Numbered from the stretch's first letter, positions 27,125 through 37,493 are shown. The stretch is 37,764 bases of DNA from an uncultured Candidatus Saccharibacteria bacterium (GCA_964644805.1 CAZXXF010000001.1:1-37764); one strand, 5' to 3'. Notes: generated by a model not told the origin, from the sequence alone. Translations and numbers: made by a program.

Positions 27125-27646
27125 TTATTTTTCCAAAATTACTCCCCAGTGATATGTTCCTGCGTCTATTTCTTCGGATAGTTTAAGCTCCAGTTTCCTC
27201 ATAATTGGTTTAATGTCTTCTGTCTCCATTCTTTTTCCATCCGGGCCGAATGGCGAATTCTTTTTCCACTCAACAATAATAATTTTTCCGCTGGGCTTTA
27301 ATATCCTTTTTGCCTCGCCTAAAACGGCTTTGTCGTTTTCGGTTTGGAACAAGAGATTAATGATGAAAACAAAATCAATGGATTCATCGGGAAGGGTTGA
27401 ACCGCCCGGCTCTTCAAGATTGCATCTTATGCACTTAATATTATTCAGTCCGAAAAGCTTCGCGTTGCCCTCCAGAGCCGAAAGAGGATCCGACTGGATA
27501 TCAAAGGCGTAAACAATTCCTCCCAGTATTTTTTTTGCCAGAGGAATGGTAAATCCGCCAGATCCGCACCCGAAATCAGCCGCAATTGAATTCGGAGGAA
27601 AATAAATCTGTTCTGTTATCTTCTCCGGATCAAAAAAAGAAATCAT
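27125..27646 (-). CDS. Class I SAM-dependent methyltransferase
   Basis: 173 aa. Motif I DFGCGSGG, acidic post-I residue (YAFD) and a motif IV-like FVFIINLL. It ends 4 nt upstream of paralogue 1. Confidence 0.8.
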   Translation of the reverse strand: MISFFDPEKITEQIYFPPNSIAADFGCGSGGFTIPLAKKILGGIVYAFDIQSDPLSALEGNAKLFGLNNIKCIRCNLEEPGGSTLPDESIDFVFIINLLFQTENDKAVLGEAKRILKPSGKIIIVEWKKNSPFGPDGKRMETEDIKPIMRKLELKLSEEIDAGTYHWGVILEK

Positions 27647-27762
27647 ATATCAATAAAAATCCAAAGACCAAATTAAAGCTTAGCCCATGTTGTTTTATCG
27701 TACCACTTTTGCCCTTGATTGGAAATTTGTAATTTTAAATTTTGCACCTTGCATTTTAAGTT

Positions 27763-30255
27763 TCAAGAATTCAGATATATTACCGATGAAACTTTGTCGT
27801 CTTTATCAAGGCGCATTAACCTCACTCCCTGAGTGGTTCTTCCAAGAATCGATATGTTTTTAGCCGGGATTCTGATTACCTGTCCTTTTTTAGATATGAT
27901 AATCAAATCTTCATTCCCGCTTAAAATTTTAGTTTTGACCAGATCGCCGGTCTTAGGATTTATTTTTGCCGTTCTGAGCCCCCGCCCGCCCCTTTTTTGA
28001 AGCCGGTATTGGCTTATTTTTGTCATCTTGCCAAAGCCGTTTTCAGAAACAACTAAAATGTTTTGTCCTTTTGTTGTCTGATCCACAACGCCCACGCCGA
28101 CGACTTCATCTTCCTTATGAAGTTTGATGGCTCTTATTCCCGCGGAATTGCGCTCCATTGCCCTTATCTCTTTTTCTTTGAAGCGGATGGCAATCCCTTT
28201 TTTGGTAATAATGATTATTTGGGCTTCCCCTGTTGTTTTTTGAACCTCTCGCAAAGAATCTCCTTTCTTAAGTTTTATGGCTATCAGCCCGCTGCTTCTC
28301 AAGTTTTCGAATTTATCAAGCGCGGTTCTTTTGATAATTCCGTTTTTGGTAACCATTGCGAGATATTTAACGCCGCCCTCCTTGTCCGCCTTGCCCATTG
28401 AAATAATAGAGAAAACTTTTTCATCGCTTGAAATTTCCAAAAAATTAACAAGCCCCCTGCCCTTGGACGATCTGGTTCCCTTGGGAATCTCATAAGCCGT
28501 AAGACCGAAAACCTTTCCCGAGTCGGTAAAAAATAATAATTGGTCATGAGTGTTTGCTAAAAGAAAGTGCTCGACAAAGTCCTCTTCGTTGGTTTCAACG
28601 CCTATAACCCCCTTTCCCCCCCTATGCTGTATCTTGTAGGCCGCCGGTTCGATGCTTTTTATATATCCATTTTGAGTAAGGGTAATTATCGTTTCTTCTT
28701 CTGGAATAATATCTTCTTCTGTTATTTTCTCCGGTTCCCGGGCAAAAACTTTTGTCCTTCTGGGGTCTTGGTATTTTTCTTTGATTTCCCTAATTTCCTG
28801 CCTGACAACATTCTTTATCAGCTTATCGCTTTTAATAATCGCGGAAAGCTCTTTTATTTTGGCCCTTATTTGGGCCAATTCATTTTCTATTTTCTCCCTT
28901 TCAAGCCGCGCGAGAGCCGCAAGTTTTGTTTCTAAAATCGCTTCCGACTGGATATCGCTAAGCTTGAATTGATTCATTAAGTTTTTCTTCGCCTCTTCTC
29001 TGGTTTTTGATTTTTTGATCAGCGCGATTACCTTGTCAATGTTGGACAGGCACTTAACAAGACCCTCCAAGACGTGTTCTCTTTCTTGCGCGCGCGACAG
29101 ATCGTATTTGCTTCTTCTTAAAATAACTTCTTTGCGGTGGGCAAGGTAGTGAGTTAAAACTTCTGCCAGAGAGAGAACTTTCGGCTCGATCCCGTCAACG
29201 AGGGCAAGCATGTTTAAATAAAACTTTTTCTGAAGATCGGTATAGCGGTATAGAAGGTTAAGGACTTTTTGCGGAAAAGCTCCTTTTTTTAATTCTATAA
29301 CGACTCTTAACCCCTCCCGGTCGGATTCATCTCTGACGTCTTTTATCCTGTCTAATTTTCTGTCTTGAACCAATTTCGCGATTTGAGAAACAAGCATTGA
29401 TTTCTGGACTTGGTAGGGAATTTCCGTGATGACAATTTGCCAATTTCCCTGCTTTTCCAAAATCTCGGCCTTGCCCCTGTTTAAAATAACTCCCTTCCCC
29501 TGCGTATAAGCCGAAACGATTTCTTTTAAATTGAATATCGCTCCGCCGGTCGGAAAGTCTGGGCCTTTTATAAACTGAAAAAGCTCTTCGGTCTCCGCGT
29601 CTGGATGATCTATCAAATAAATGACCGCATCGCAAATTTCTCCAAGATTATGGGGGGGGATATTGGTCGCCATCCCAACGGCAATGCCCAAAGATCCGTT
29701 TAACAAAAGTTGGGGCAGGGGCGCCGGCAAAACAACCGGCTCTTTCCGGCTGTTATCGTAATTGTTAACAAAATTAACCGTATCTTTTGAAATATCGCTT
29801 AAAAGCTCTTCTCCGATTTTTGACAATTTGCATTCTGTATAACGCTGAGCTGCGGGAGGATCATTGTCTATGCTGCCAAAATTACCCTGTCCTCGTATCA
29901 GAGGATATCTCATTGAAAAATCCTGGGCCATTCTGACCAAGGCGTCATATACGGCCAGATCTCCATGGGGATGATAGCGGCCAAGACATGCGCCAACGAC
30001 CGTGGCCGATTTTCTAAACTTTGCGCCGGGAGCAAGGCCGTCTTCGTGCATGGCAAAAAGTATTCTTCTGTGAACCGGCTTTAACCCGTCCCGAACGTCC
30101 GGGAGCGCGCGAGAAACTATAACGGACATCGCGTAATCAATATAGCTTTCTTTCATTTCCTGTATAATTTCCCTCGGCAGGATCTTACCGATTGGATTTT
30201 GAGGAGTATTTTTTTCCAGACTATTCAGGTTTTTATCAGGATTTTCTTTATTCAT
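27763..30255 (-). CDS. gyrA: DNA gyrase subunit A
   Basis: [26 protein letters not shown], active-site region [10 protein letters not shown], and a C-terminal beta-pinwheel repeat region. 830 aa. Confidence 0.95.
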   Translation of the reverse strand: MNKENPDKNLNSLEKNTPQNPIGKILPREIIQEMKESYIDYAMSVIVSRALPDVRDGLKPVHRRILFAMHEDGLAPGAKFRKSATVVGACLGRYHPHGDLAVYDALVRMAQDFSMRYPLIRGQGNFGSIDNDPPAAQRYTECKLSKIGEELLSDISKDTVNFVNNYDNSRKEPVVLPAPLPQLLLNGSLGIAVGMATNIPPHNLGEICDAVIYLIDHPDAETEELFQFIKGPDFPTGGAIFNLKEIVSAYTQGKGVILNRGKAEILEKQGNWQIVITEIPYQVQKSMLVSQIAKLVQDRKLDRIKDVRDESDREGLRVVIELKKGAFPQKVLNLLYRYTDLQKKFYLNMLALVDGIEPKVLSLAEVLTHYLAHRKEVILRRSKYDLSRAQEREHVLEGLVKCLSNIDKVIALIKKSKTREEAKKNLMNQFKLSDIQSEAILETKLAALARLEREKIENELAQIRAKIKELSAIIKSDKLIKNVVRQEIREIKEKYQDPRRTKVFAREPEKITEEDIIPEEETIITLTQNGYIKSIEPAAYKIQHRGGKGVIGVETNEEDFVEHFLLANTHDQLLFFTDSGKVFGLTAYEIPKGTRSSKGRGLVNFLEISSDEKVFSIISMGKADKEGGVKYLAMVTKNGIIKRTALDKFENLRSSGLIAIKLKKGDSLREVQKTTGEAQIIIITKKGIAIRFKEKEIRAMERNSAGIRAIKLHKEDEVVGVGVVDQTTKGQNILVVSENGFGKMTKISQYRLQKRGGRGLRTAKINPKTGDLVKTKILSGNEDLIIISKKGQVIRIPAKNISILGRTTQGVRLMRLDKDDKVSSVIYLNS

Positions 30256-30257
30256 AA

Positions 30258-30524
30258 TTAATTTAAGTTAGATGAATCGTTTGGCAGGGTCGGAGATAAT
30301 TCAAAAAAATTAGGCATTTCAATAGAAGGAATTTCAATCTCTGGTTTTTTTATTTGATCAAGAGCTCCGGAATTATTAAAGCCCCGAAAGCGCAATAAAG
30401 TAATCTTTGCCCAAATAATTAAAAAAATAATTCCCAGAACAATGGCTATCGCCCAAAGAATTATTTTTCTTTTTTTTGTGTCCAAATTTTGGATTTTTCT
30501 TAAAAAATTCATATTTTTTTGCAT
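30258..30524 (-). CDS. Small single-pass membrane protein (hypothetical)
   Basis: 88 aa with one TM helix ([20 protein letters not shown]). The stop is 2 nt from the gyrA start, suggesting translational coupling. No recognisable family. Confidence 0.4.
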   Translation of the reverse strand: MQKNMNFLRKIQNLDTKKRKIILWAIAIVLGIIFLIIWAKITLLRFRGFNNSGALDQIKKPEIEIPSIEMPNFFELSPTLPNDSSNLN

Positions 30525-30555
30525 TCAAATTTTGGATCTTTAAAAAATCCAAAAT

Positions 30556-31197
30556 TTATGATTTTTTAAGGACGGCGACGATCGTTTGGAGCGGAAGTTT
30601 ATCTTTGCGAATCAAGATTTTTGGTCCGGGCTCTCCTTCAATCTGGCCAAATGATTTTACAAGGCATTGGAGCCCTGTTGTTTTCGGGTCCCGATCTTCA
30701 GAATAATACGTCGGAATCACAATTCTTGGTTCAATTTGATTTATGATTTTTTGAGAGTCTTTCGTCTCAATAACTTCTTTCCCGCCTATCGGCACCATCA
30801 AAACATCAACATCTCCAATCTCTTCAAGCATGTCCGGAGGAATTTCTTTCAAACAAAATTTTCCCAAATGGCAAATCTTAATATTTTCCGACTCAACCAA
30901 AGCAATGAAGCTTTTTTCTTTTTTGTCAAAACAATTATACTCATCAAGCCCCCTGATAAAAACATTTTTAACGTCATATTCTCCGGGAGAATCTATCAAA
31001 TAAAAATCGCCCCTAAATTCTTTCAAAGAACCGCCGGCATACGGCAAATGATTTATTATCGCAAGGTTGATTTCTCCGCGAAAGGCGGTCTTTAACTGCT
31101 CTTTTTCCGCGGGATCTAACAAAATTTTTACGGGTTCTTTCTTTTCACCGTTCGTCGTAATCAAAAAAGATCCTTGACCAAACCATCGAATCTCCAT
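30556..31197 (-). CDS. MBL-fold (UPF0173-like) protein with a degenerate metal site
   Basis: MEIRWFGQGSFLI... matches the opening of small MBL-fold hydrolases. Where H-x-H-x-D-H is expected the sequence reads LAIINHLPYAGGS. Confidence 0.6.
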   Translation of the reverse strand: MEIRWFGQGSFLITTNGEKKEPVKILLDPAEKEQLKTAFRGEINLAIINHLPYAGGSLKEFRGDFYLIDSPGEYDVKNVFIRGLDEYNCFDKKEKSFIALVESENIKICHLGKFCLKEIPPDMLEEIGDVDVLMVPIGGKEVIETKDSQKIINQIEPRIVIPTYYSEDRDPKTTGLQCLVKSFGQIEGEPGPKILIRKDKLPLQTIVAVLKKS

Positions 31198-31360
31198 ATA
31201 TTTAAATATTACCTTTTTATTCTATCAGGGCCCGCCAAACTTTTCAAGAAAGATTTTTCGAAAAAAATTTATTTTTGCAAGCGCAAGAGCTAGTTTTTTT
31301 AATATCAAAAGTTCCTTGAAAGAGATTATAATTTATGCTAAAACCAAAAATAGTCAAAAT

Positions 31361-32440
31361 ATGCCAAAAAAAATAGAAAGCCAATCTGTAGACGAGTTTC
31401 CTCTCCCGCCCAAAAGGGGCGAAATAGTTGAGGGCACGATCGCGGCAACAGGACCCGCCTGCGTTTATGTTGATTTAAGCCCGATGGGAATGGGCGTAAT
31501 TATGGGTAAAGAATATTATCTGGCCAAAAATACGTTCGGGAAAAATTTTAACACAGGAGAAAAAATATCCGCAAAAGTAGTCGAGGTGGATAATGAAAAT
31601 AGCTTTATTGAGCTTTCGTTGAGAGAAGCGCAAAAAGAAATCGGCTGGGAAAAATTGAAAGAATTGAAAGAAAGTTTCGAAACGGTTTCAATCAGGCCGA
31701 GCGGAACAAACAGAGGCGGTTTGCTGGCGGAGTATTGCGGAGTAAAGGGGTTCTTGCCTCTTTCTCAACTCTCTGTCGAGCATTATCCCAGAATAGAAGA
31801 GGGAGACGCTTCTCAAATATTAGGACACCTTCAGCAATTTGTCGGAAAAGAGCTGAAAGTAAAAATCCTCGACCTAGATCCACAAGAATCAAAATTAATT
31901 TTCTCTGAAAAAGCAGTTGAGTCAAAAACAATACAAGAGCTTTTAAAAAATTATAAGGTTGGGGATACGATAGATGGAAAAATCACCGGGGTTGCAGACT
32001 TCGGAGCGTTTATAAGATTTGCCATCGGCAAAGGAAACAAAAAAAATGAACTGGCAAATATTGAAGGTCTTATCCATATTTCAGAACTTGATTGGCAGCT
32101 TGTCCATGACCCGCTGGAAATCGTAAAAATCGGAGAAAAAATAAAAGCCCAAATCGTCGATATTACAAAAGAAGGAAGAGTATCGCTCTCATTAAAAGCC
32201 CTTAAAAAAGACCCCTGGAAAGGAATAGAAAAGAAATTCAAAGCGGGTGACGCCGTAAAAGGAAAGGTTGTGAAAATAAACCAATTCGGCGCGTTTGTAG
32301 AGATAGCTCCCAAGATAAGAGGTCTCATCCACTCTTTTGACATAAGAGGATCTAAGGAAGAAATAAAAGAAGGCAAAAGCTATCAATTTAAAATTGCTCA
32401 TATTGACCCAAAAGAACATCGCCTGACCCTGAAGCATTAA
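31361..32440 (+). CDS. rpsA: 30S ribosomal protein S1 (four S1 domains)
   Basis: Repeated S1 OB-fold signatures (GEIVEGTI..VYVDL, GDTIDGKITGVADFGAFIRF, GDAVKGKVVKINQFGAFVEI). ATG 31361 is preferred over TTG 31316. Confidence 0.85.
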   Translation: MPKKIESQSVDEFPLPPKRGEIVEGTIAATGPACVYVDLSPMGMGVIMGKEYYLAKNTFGKNFNTGEKISAKVVEVDNENSFIELSLREAQKEIGWEKLKELKESFETVSIRPSGTNRGGLLAEYCGVKGFLPLSQLSVEHYPRIEEGDASQILGHLQQFVGKELKVKILDLDPQESKLIFSEKAVESKTIQELLKNYKVGDTIDGKITGVADFGAFIRFAIGKGNKKNELANIEGLIHISELDWQLVHDPLEIVKIGEKIKAQIVDITKEGRVSLSLKALKKDPWKGIEKKFKAGDAVKGKVVKINQFGAFVEIAPKIRGLIHSFDIRGSKEEIKEGKSYQFKIAHIDPKEHRLTLKH

Positions 32441-32464
32441 AAATATCTCTTATTAAATGAAAAT

Positions 32465-34303
32465 ATGCCTTTTGCCTTGAAAAATTTTGTTAAAAATTTA
32501 TTTTTTGTTGTTTTTCTTTTTCTTTTTTTAAGCGCGGTTTTTTCGATTTTCTCCCCTGCGGCCAATGAAGCAAAAGAAATAGCGCTTACCCAGCTTTCCA
32601 AAGACATTAACGAGAACAGGATAAAAAAGATGGAGGTTTACGACGATAAAATAATGATAGTCTACAATGACGAAAGAATCGCTCAAGCGAAAAAAGAATC
32701 TGGATCGTCAATATTTCAAACATTAGAGGGTCTGAGCGCAAAAAAAGAAAATTTGGCCCAAATAGAAATAACGGTCGGGGAAAAAGGAGGCGGCTGGATT
32801 CTGGGGCTGTCCATAATCGCCGGGTTTCTTCCATTTCTTTTTATAGCTTGGTTTCTCTGGATGATGTTTAAGCAGGCAAAAATGGGCGCGATGCAAACAA
32901 TGGATTTTACGAAAACAAAAGCGAGATTATTCGGAGCCGAGGGCCATCCAAAAGAAAAAATTACTTTTAAAAATGTTGCCGGGCTGAAGGAAACAAAAGA
33001 AGAATTGATCGAAATCGTTGATTTTTTAAAAAATCCCCAAAAATACCTTAAGATGGGAGCTAAAATTCCGAAAGGAGTTTTGCTTGTCGGACCTGCCGGA
33101 GTTGGAAAAACAATGCTCGCTCGAGCGGTAGCGGGAGAAAGCAATGTTCCGTTTTTTAGCATTTCCGGATCGGAATTCGTAGAGCTTTTTGTGGGGGTGG
33201 GGGCGGCAAGGGTGCGATCTCTTTTTCAAGAAGCGAAAAAAAAGCAACCGTCAATATTGTTTGTTGACGAACTTGACGCTATTGGAAAAGCAAGGGGCCC
33301 GGCCGTGATCGGAGGCCATGAAGAAAGAGAACAGACCCTGAATCAACTCCTCGTAGAAATGGATGGATTTGAAGCCGGAGACAAAGTAATCGTTCTCGCC
33401 GCGACAAACAGACCGGACGTGCTAGACAGCGCCCTTCTAAGGCCCGGCAGATTCGACAGAAAAATAGTTCTGGATTTGCCCGATGTAAAGGAAAGAGAGC
33501 AAATTTTAAGAATCCATTGCGAAAACAAGCCGCTTAATTCAGGAGTTAATTTACGGGAGATAGCGGAAAGAACGCCGGGATTTTCCGGAGCTGATTTGGC
33601 TAACCTCGTGAATGAAGCCGCCATATTCGCCGCAAGATATAATCAGAAAGAAATAGAACAAAGAGATTTTTTAAACTCCTTTGAAAAGGTGCTCCTTGGC
33701 CCGGAGAAAAAAAGCAAGGTTCTTTCTGAAAAAGAAAAAAACACTTGCGCATACCATGAAGCCGGACACGCATTGGTTGCGATTAATTTTCCCGAAACCG
33801 GACCGGTAAGAAAAGTCTCCATCGTTTCACGAGGTCTTGCCGCCGGATATACCCTTAAACTGCCCTCCGAGGATAAAAGATTAAAAACCAGAAAAGAATT
33901 TTTGGAAGAAATATCTGTTTTATTGGGCGGATATTGCACTGAAAAATTAATCTTTAACGATCTTACCACCGGCGCCTCTAATGATTTGGAGATAGCTTCG
34001 GAAATCGCGAGAAAACTGGTAAAAGAATACGGGATGTCTGAAAAATTCGGCCCGGTAGTTTTCGGCAGAAAAGACGGTTATTTATTTTTCGGGAGAGATA
34101 TGGGCGAAGAAAAAAACTATTCTGAAAAAATAGCTGAGGAAATTGACAAGGAGGTGGAAAAAATTATAAAAGATGCTCAGATAATAACGGTTAGAATCTT
34201 AAAAAAGAAAAGAAAATTGCTCGAAAGAATTGCCCAAGAATTGATCAAAAAAGAAACGCTCGAAAAGGAGGAGCTGGAAACAATCGTTAAAAAACGGATA
34301 TAA
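32465..34303 (+). CDS. ftsH: ATP-dependent zinc metalloprotease FtsH
   Basis: Two N-terminal TM helices, Walker A GPAGVGKT, Walker B LFVDELD, SRH region and zinc motif HEAGHA. Confidence 0.95.
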   Translation: MPFALKNFVKNLFFVVFLFLFLSAVFSIFSPAANEAKEIALTQLSKDINENRIKKMEVYDDKIMIVYNDERIAQAKKESGSSIFQTLEGLSAKKENLAQIEITVGEKGGGWILGLSIIAGFLPFLFIAWFLWMMFKQAKMGAMQTMDFTKTKARLFGAEGHPKEKITFKNVAGLKETKEELIEIVDFLKNPQKYLKMGAKIPKGVLLVGPAGVGKTMLARAVAGESNVPFFSISGSEFVELFVGVGAARVRSLFQEAKKKQPSILFVDELDAIGKARGPAVIGGHEEREQTLNQLLVEMDGFEAGDKVIVLAATNRPDVLDSALLRPGRFDRKIVLDLPDVKEREQILRIHCENKPLNSGVNLREIAERTPGFSGADLANLVNEAAIFAARYNQKEIEQRDFLNSFEKVLLGPEKKSKVLSEKEKNTCAYHEAGHALVAINFPETGPVRKVSIVSRGLAAGYTLKLPSEDKRLKTRKEFLEEISVLLGGYCTEKLIFNDLTTGASNDLEIASEIARKLVKEYGMSEKFGPVVFGRKDGYLFFGRDMGEEKNYSEKIAEEIDKEVEKIIKDAQIITVRILKKKRKLLERIAQELIKKETLEKEELETIVKKRI

Positions 34304-34307
34304 TGAA

Positions 34308-34379
34308 GGGCACGTAGCTCAAGGGTGGAGCAAGGTCCTTATAAGGCCGAGGTTGTTGGTTCAAATCCAACCGTGCCCA
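34308..34379 (+). tRNA. tRNA-Ile (anticodon UAU)
   Basis: GGGCACG-TA-GCTC-AAGGGTG-GAGC-A-AGGTC-CTTATAA-GGCCG-AGGTT-GTTGG-TTCAAAT-CCAAC-CGTGCCC-A. U33 and A37 are in place and anticodon positions 34-36 read TAT. There is one A:G mismatch at 27:43. Confidence 0.75.
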
Positions 34380-34509
34380 TAGTCATAAAATTGCCAAAGA
34401 AGCGGGGATTTTTTTATTGTCAGATCGCATTTCACCAAAAAAATCAGGCCAAAGAGAAAATTCTATTGTGCGGACGCTGCCCGAAAATGAAATACACCGT
34501 TAATTCCAT

Positions 34510-34582
34510 GGGCGCATAGCTCAGCGGCAAGAGCATTCGCCTTACACGCGAAAGGTCCTCCGTTCGAATCGGAGTGCGCCCA
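34510..34582 (+). tRNA. tRNA-Val (anticodon UAC)
   Basis: Acceptor GGGCGCA/TGCGCCC, anticodon arm TTCGC-CTTACAC-GCGAA, T arm CTCCG-TTCGAAT-CGGAG. Confidence 0.9.
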
Positions 34583-34683
34583 ATAAAAAAGAGATGAAAA
34601 GCTCCTATCTCAAACTAAGCAAGAGCTGAGAATATCCGCCAGCAATAAAAATCAGAATTTTGGTTTTTCGGAGGTTGATAGTT

Positions 34684-35412
34684 ATGATCCACAAACAAAC
34701 AATAGATGTAATCTATGAAGACGAGGATTTAATTGTCGCGGACAAGCCCGCTGGCATAACGGTATTTAATGAAAAAGAGCGCGCCGCCGATTCTTTAATA
34801 GAGAATCTTTTAACACAAAAGCCTGATTTGAAAAAAATTGGCATGCCTCCTCGGTTTGGAATAATACACAGGCTAGATAAAGACACTTCGGGCCTATTGC
34901 TTGTTGCAAAAAACAATGAGGCCTTGTTTTTTTTTCAAAAACAGTTTAAAGAAAGAAATGTCGCAAAAACCTACATTGCCCTTGTCTGGGGCATAATAAA
35001 AAAAGATTCTGGCACGATAAAAACTCTTATCGGAAGATCAAAAAATAGATTAAAACAAATGGCAATACCCTCCCTTCTCAATATCTGTCATCAAAAAGGG
35101 TTAAGAGATGCGGAAACCGGTTGGCGGGTGGAAAAAAGATTTAAAGATTACACCCTCTTGGAAGTTTATCCAAAGACCGGAAGAAAACATCAAATCAGAA
35201 CGCACCTTGCCCACATCGGACATCCTGTTGTTGGAGATAAATTATACTCTTTCAAAAACCAGATTGCGTCTGACAAGCTTAAAAGACAGTTCTTGCATAA
35301 TTATCGATTAAGCATTAAGCTCAAAAGCGGAGAATGGAAAACATTTATTTGCCCAATGCCAACTGATTTAAAAATTGTTTTAAAAAAATTAAAAAAATAT
35401 GAAACCAACTGA
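34684..35412 (+). CDS. RluA-family pseudouridine synthase
   Basis: Catalytic motif HRLDKDTSGLLLVAKN and C-terminal HQIRTHLAHIGHPVVGD. ATG 34684 has GGAGG 9 nt upstream and is preferred over TTG 34660. No S4 domain. Confidence 0.85.
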   Translation: MIHKQTIDVIYEDEDLIVADKPAGITVFNEKERAADSLIENLLTQKPDLKKIGMPPRFGIIHRLDKDTSGLLLVAKNNEALFFFQKQFKERNVAKTYIALVWGIIKKDSGTIKTLIGRSKNRLKQMAIPSLLNICHQKGLRDAETGWRVEKRFKDYTLLEVYPKTGRKHQIRTHLAHIGHPVVGDKLYSFKNQIASDKLKRQFLHNYRLSIKLKSGEWKTFICPMPTDLKIVLKKLKKYETN

Positions 35413-35815
35413 CATATTCGGTGCGTCAAAATCAATAGGAAAAAATTTAGATCTGCGATCGGGAGATATCGTAAAAATTCATGAAATTACGGGTGATCCA
35501 AAACAAAAAAAAGCTCAAATTTTTGAAGGGATCGTATTGGCTCGCAAACATAGAAAAGAGACAGGCGCCACCATTACCGTCAGAAAAATAATAGACGGGG
35601 TGGGAGTGGAAAAAATTTTCCCCCTCCTTTCGCCTACCATACAAAAAATAGAAATAATCAAAAGAACCAAATCGCGGAGAGCGAAACTTTATTATTTAAG
35701 AGAAAGGTCTCAAAAGAAATCGGTCTTAAAAAGAAAAAAGGATTTCACTCCGTCGGTTGTCACCTATCAGGAGGAAAAAGCGAAAAACGAAAAAATGGAA
35801 GGGGAAAAAGATTAA
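35399..35815 (+). CDS. rplS: 50S ribosomal protein L19 with a K/E-rich C-terminal tail
   Basis: ...LRSGDIVKIHEIT...QIFEGIVLARKH....ATITVRKI..GVGVEKIFPLLSP.I.KIEI is the L19 core. About 25 extra basic/acidic residues follow at the C-terminus. Confidence 0.9.
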   Translation: MKPTDIFGASKSIGKNLDLRSGDIVKIHEITGDPKQKKAQIFEGIVLARKHRKETGATITVRKIIDGVGVEKIFPLLSPTIQKIEIIKRTKSRRAKLYYLRERSQKKSVLKRKKDFTPSVVTYQEEKAKNEKMEGEKD

Positions 35816-35817
35816 AT

Positions 35818-35905
35818 GCGCGGGTGCTGTAATTGGTAGCCAGGCAAGGTTGAGGACCTTGTGTCCTTAAAAGACGTAGAGGTTCAAGTCCTCTCCCGCG
35901 CACCA
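35818..35905 (+). tRNA. tRNA-Leu (anticodon GAG), CCA encoded
   Basis: Acceptor GCGCGGG/CCCGCGC, anticodon arm CAAGG-TTGAGGA-CCTTG, long variable arm, T arm AGAGG-TTCAAGT-CCTCT, 3' ACCA. Confidence 0.9.
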
Positions 35906-37360
35906 TTTCGGAAATAGCAAGGCAGAGGAAGCCGCCTCGCTTCGCTCGGCGGCCAGTTTGTATTGAATTTTCGGGGCAAAACCGAATTGGCGATTTTCTA
36001 AAACATGGTTCGAGCCGATTGTTTTCAGAAATGTTGTCATTTCCTCTTTGTTTTCTGATTGAACTAAATTCGCAGCTTGATTTAAGGATAAAACAAACTC
36101 ACGAGCCGGTTCGAGCCAAGACAACCCTTTTTGTTCAAAATCTCTAATTTTCTCGCCAAGCTCGACCTTTTGGGTAAGTAACTTATCTTTTCTCGCTTTG
36201 TAATCATCGGCAGAAATGACTTCGCTAAGATAAGCGTCAAGTAGTTTTTCGAGCTTGGTTTCGATTTCAGTTAATTCCATTTTGAGATTTTGAACAGCAG
36301 TTTTAGCTTCCTCTTTTGCTCGCTCCTCGTCTTTTTGTAGTTCCGCCAAAACTTTTTCTGTGTCTTGGCTCGACAAAGAAACTTTTTGAAGATAACTTCT
36401 GATCTGTTCGGTTAGAAGTTCCTCTCGCAAATAATGCTTTTCTTGGCACGGTCCTTTCTTTTTGGTGCAATGGTAGTAATGATGTCCCTTTTGTATTTCG
36501 GCAGTAATGGCGCAACCACATGAAGCGCATTTGAGTAAGCCAAGAAAAGCAAAATGATGTTTACGAATATCTTTTGACTTTCCGCGTTTTTTCATCACTT
36601 CTTGGCAAGTATCAAAAAGTTTCTTCGAGATTAACGGCTCTTGAGTTCCTTCAAAAACCTCTCCCTTAAATTTCATGAGACCAATATAGAAAATATTTTG
36701 TAGAATTTTTTGCAAACTACTGATTGAGATTTTGTTGTTCTTGTTACCACGAAGATTGTGTTTGACGCACCAATTTGCGAGAGAATGAAGCGGATAATTT
36801 CCAGCGGCATAAAGCTCAAAAACTTTTTTCACCAGTGGAGATTTTGCGGGGTCAATATCTACTCCTCGCGTTCTTGCATTGTTAAGATAGCCAACCGGAG
36901 CCCAGCCAGGCCATACGCCATTTCGTATTTTTTGGCGCAATCCACGCTTCACATTCTCTCGCAAATTATCTACAAAATATTTTGATTGACCAAAGGCGAT
37001 ATTCAACATGAACAAGCCTTGTGGTGTCGCTTCGAACCAAAATGTTGGAAATTTAAGGGAGCGAATCAAGCCGCGATCAACGAAATGGATAATTTTGCCT
37101 CCGTCTACACTATTGCGAGCTAATCTATCCGGGTGCCATGCAATTATCCCGTCCGCCTTGCCTTTTTCGAGTAATGACAACATTTCTGCGAATTTCATTC
37201 GCCCGGGCTCTTTGGCGGTTTTGGCCTCGCAAAGCGAGGCAACAATTTCCAATTTTTCTTTGGCGGCATACTCTTGCAGCTCTACGAGCTGCGCTTCAAT
37301 ACTCAAAACCTGGCGGTCATCTTCTTCGGTAGATTTTCTTGCGTATAATATGTATCTCAT
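35867..37360 (-). CDS. Large serine recombinase (resolvase/invertase N-domain, recombinase domain, zinc ribbon, coiled coil)
   Basis: MRYILYARKSTEEDDRQ with the catalytic Ser in YARKST, HPDRLARN, recombinase domain GW.PVGY, zinc ribbon CASCGC...HYYHC....C and a long coiled coil. The last 13 codons are antisense to tRNA-Leu. Confidence 0.9.
   Translation of the reverse strand: MRYILYARKSTEEDDRQVLSIEAQLVELQEYAAKEKLEIVASLCEAKTAKEPGRMKFAEMLSLLEKGKADGIIAWHPDRLARNSVDGGKIIHFVDRGLIRSLKFPTFWFEATPQGLFMLNIAFGQSKYFVDNLRENVKRGLRQKIRNGVWPGWAPVGYLNNARTRGVDIDPAKSPLVKKVFELYAAGNYPLHSLANWCVKHNLRGNKNNKISISSLQKILQNIFYIGLMKFKGEVFEGTQEPLISKKLFDTCQEVMKKRGKSKDIRKHHFAFLGLLKCASCGCAITAEIQKGHHYYHCTKKKGPCQEKHYLREELLTEQIRSYLQKVSLSSQDTEKVLAELQKDEERAKEEAKTAVQNLKMELTEIETKLEKLLDAYLSEVISADDYKARKDKLLTQKVELGEKIRDFEQKGLSWLEPAREFVLSLNQAANLVQSENKEEMTTFLKTIGSNHVLENRQFGFAPKIQYKLAAERSEAASSALLFPKWCAGEDLNLYVF
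35900..35997. repeat. Inverted repeat A (98 bp), left copy
   Basis: Exact reverse complement of 37396-37493, compared base by base (98/98). It begins with GCACCA, the last 6 nt of tRNA-Leu. 51 of 98 positions are G/C. Confidence 0.95.
35999..36025. repeat. Inverted repeat B (27 bp), left copy
   Basis: TAAAACATGGTTCGAGCCGATTGTTTT is the exact reverse complement of 37604-37630. It is itself an imperfect dyad (AAAACA...TGTTTT around TCGA). Confidence 0.95.
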
Positions 37361-37368
37361 ATGATTTG

Positions 37369-37395
37369 GATTAAAAATTTTTCTTTTCTTCTTTC
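37369..37395. repeat. Inverted repeat C (27 bp), proximal copy
   Basis: GATTAAAAATTTTTCTTTTCTTCTTTC is the exact reverse complement of 37634-37660. It lies 8 nt upstream of the recombinase ATG and directly abuts repeat A'. Confidence 0.95.
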
Positions 37396-37493
37396 AAAAT
37401 CGCCAATTCGGTTTTGCCCCGAAAATTCAATACAAACTGGCCGCCGAGCGAAGCGAGGCGGCTTCCTCTGCCTTGCTATTTCCGAAATGGTGC
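37396..37493. repeat. Inverted repeat A' (98 bp), right copy
   Basis: Reverse complement of 35900-35997, located in the recombinase upstream region. Confidence 0.95.

Noticed and set aside
23943-27646. Calling the pilin-module array a type IV secretion system
   Set aside because: No VirB4, VirD4, VirB6, VirB10 or relaxase genes are present in the window. Only the pilin-like module is supported.
34325-34519. 64-aa plus-strand ORF between ftsH and the pseudouridine synthase gene
   Set aside because: Its start lies inside tRNA-Ile and its end inside tRNA-Val. It is explained by the tRNA genes and the spacer between them.
35906-35997. Repeat A as a known small RNA (fragments GGAAGC and AAGGCAG recall SRP RNA domain IV; AGAGGAAG recalls RNase P)
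   Set aside because: The elements are in the wrong order and lack the flanking helices of either RNA. The segment is also in-frame coding sequence for the recombinase C-terminus.
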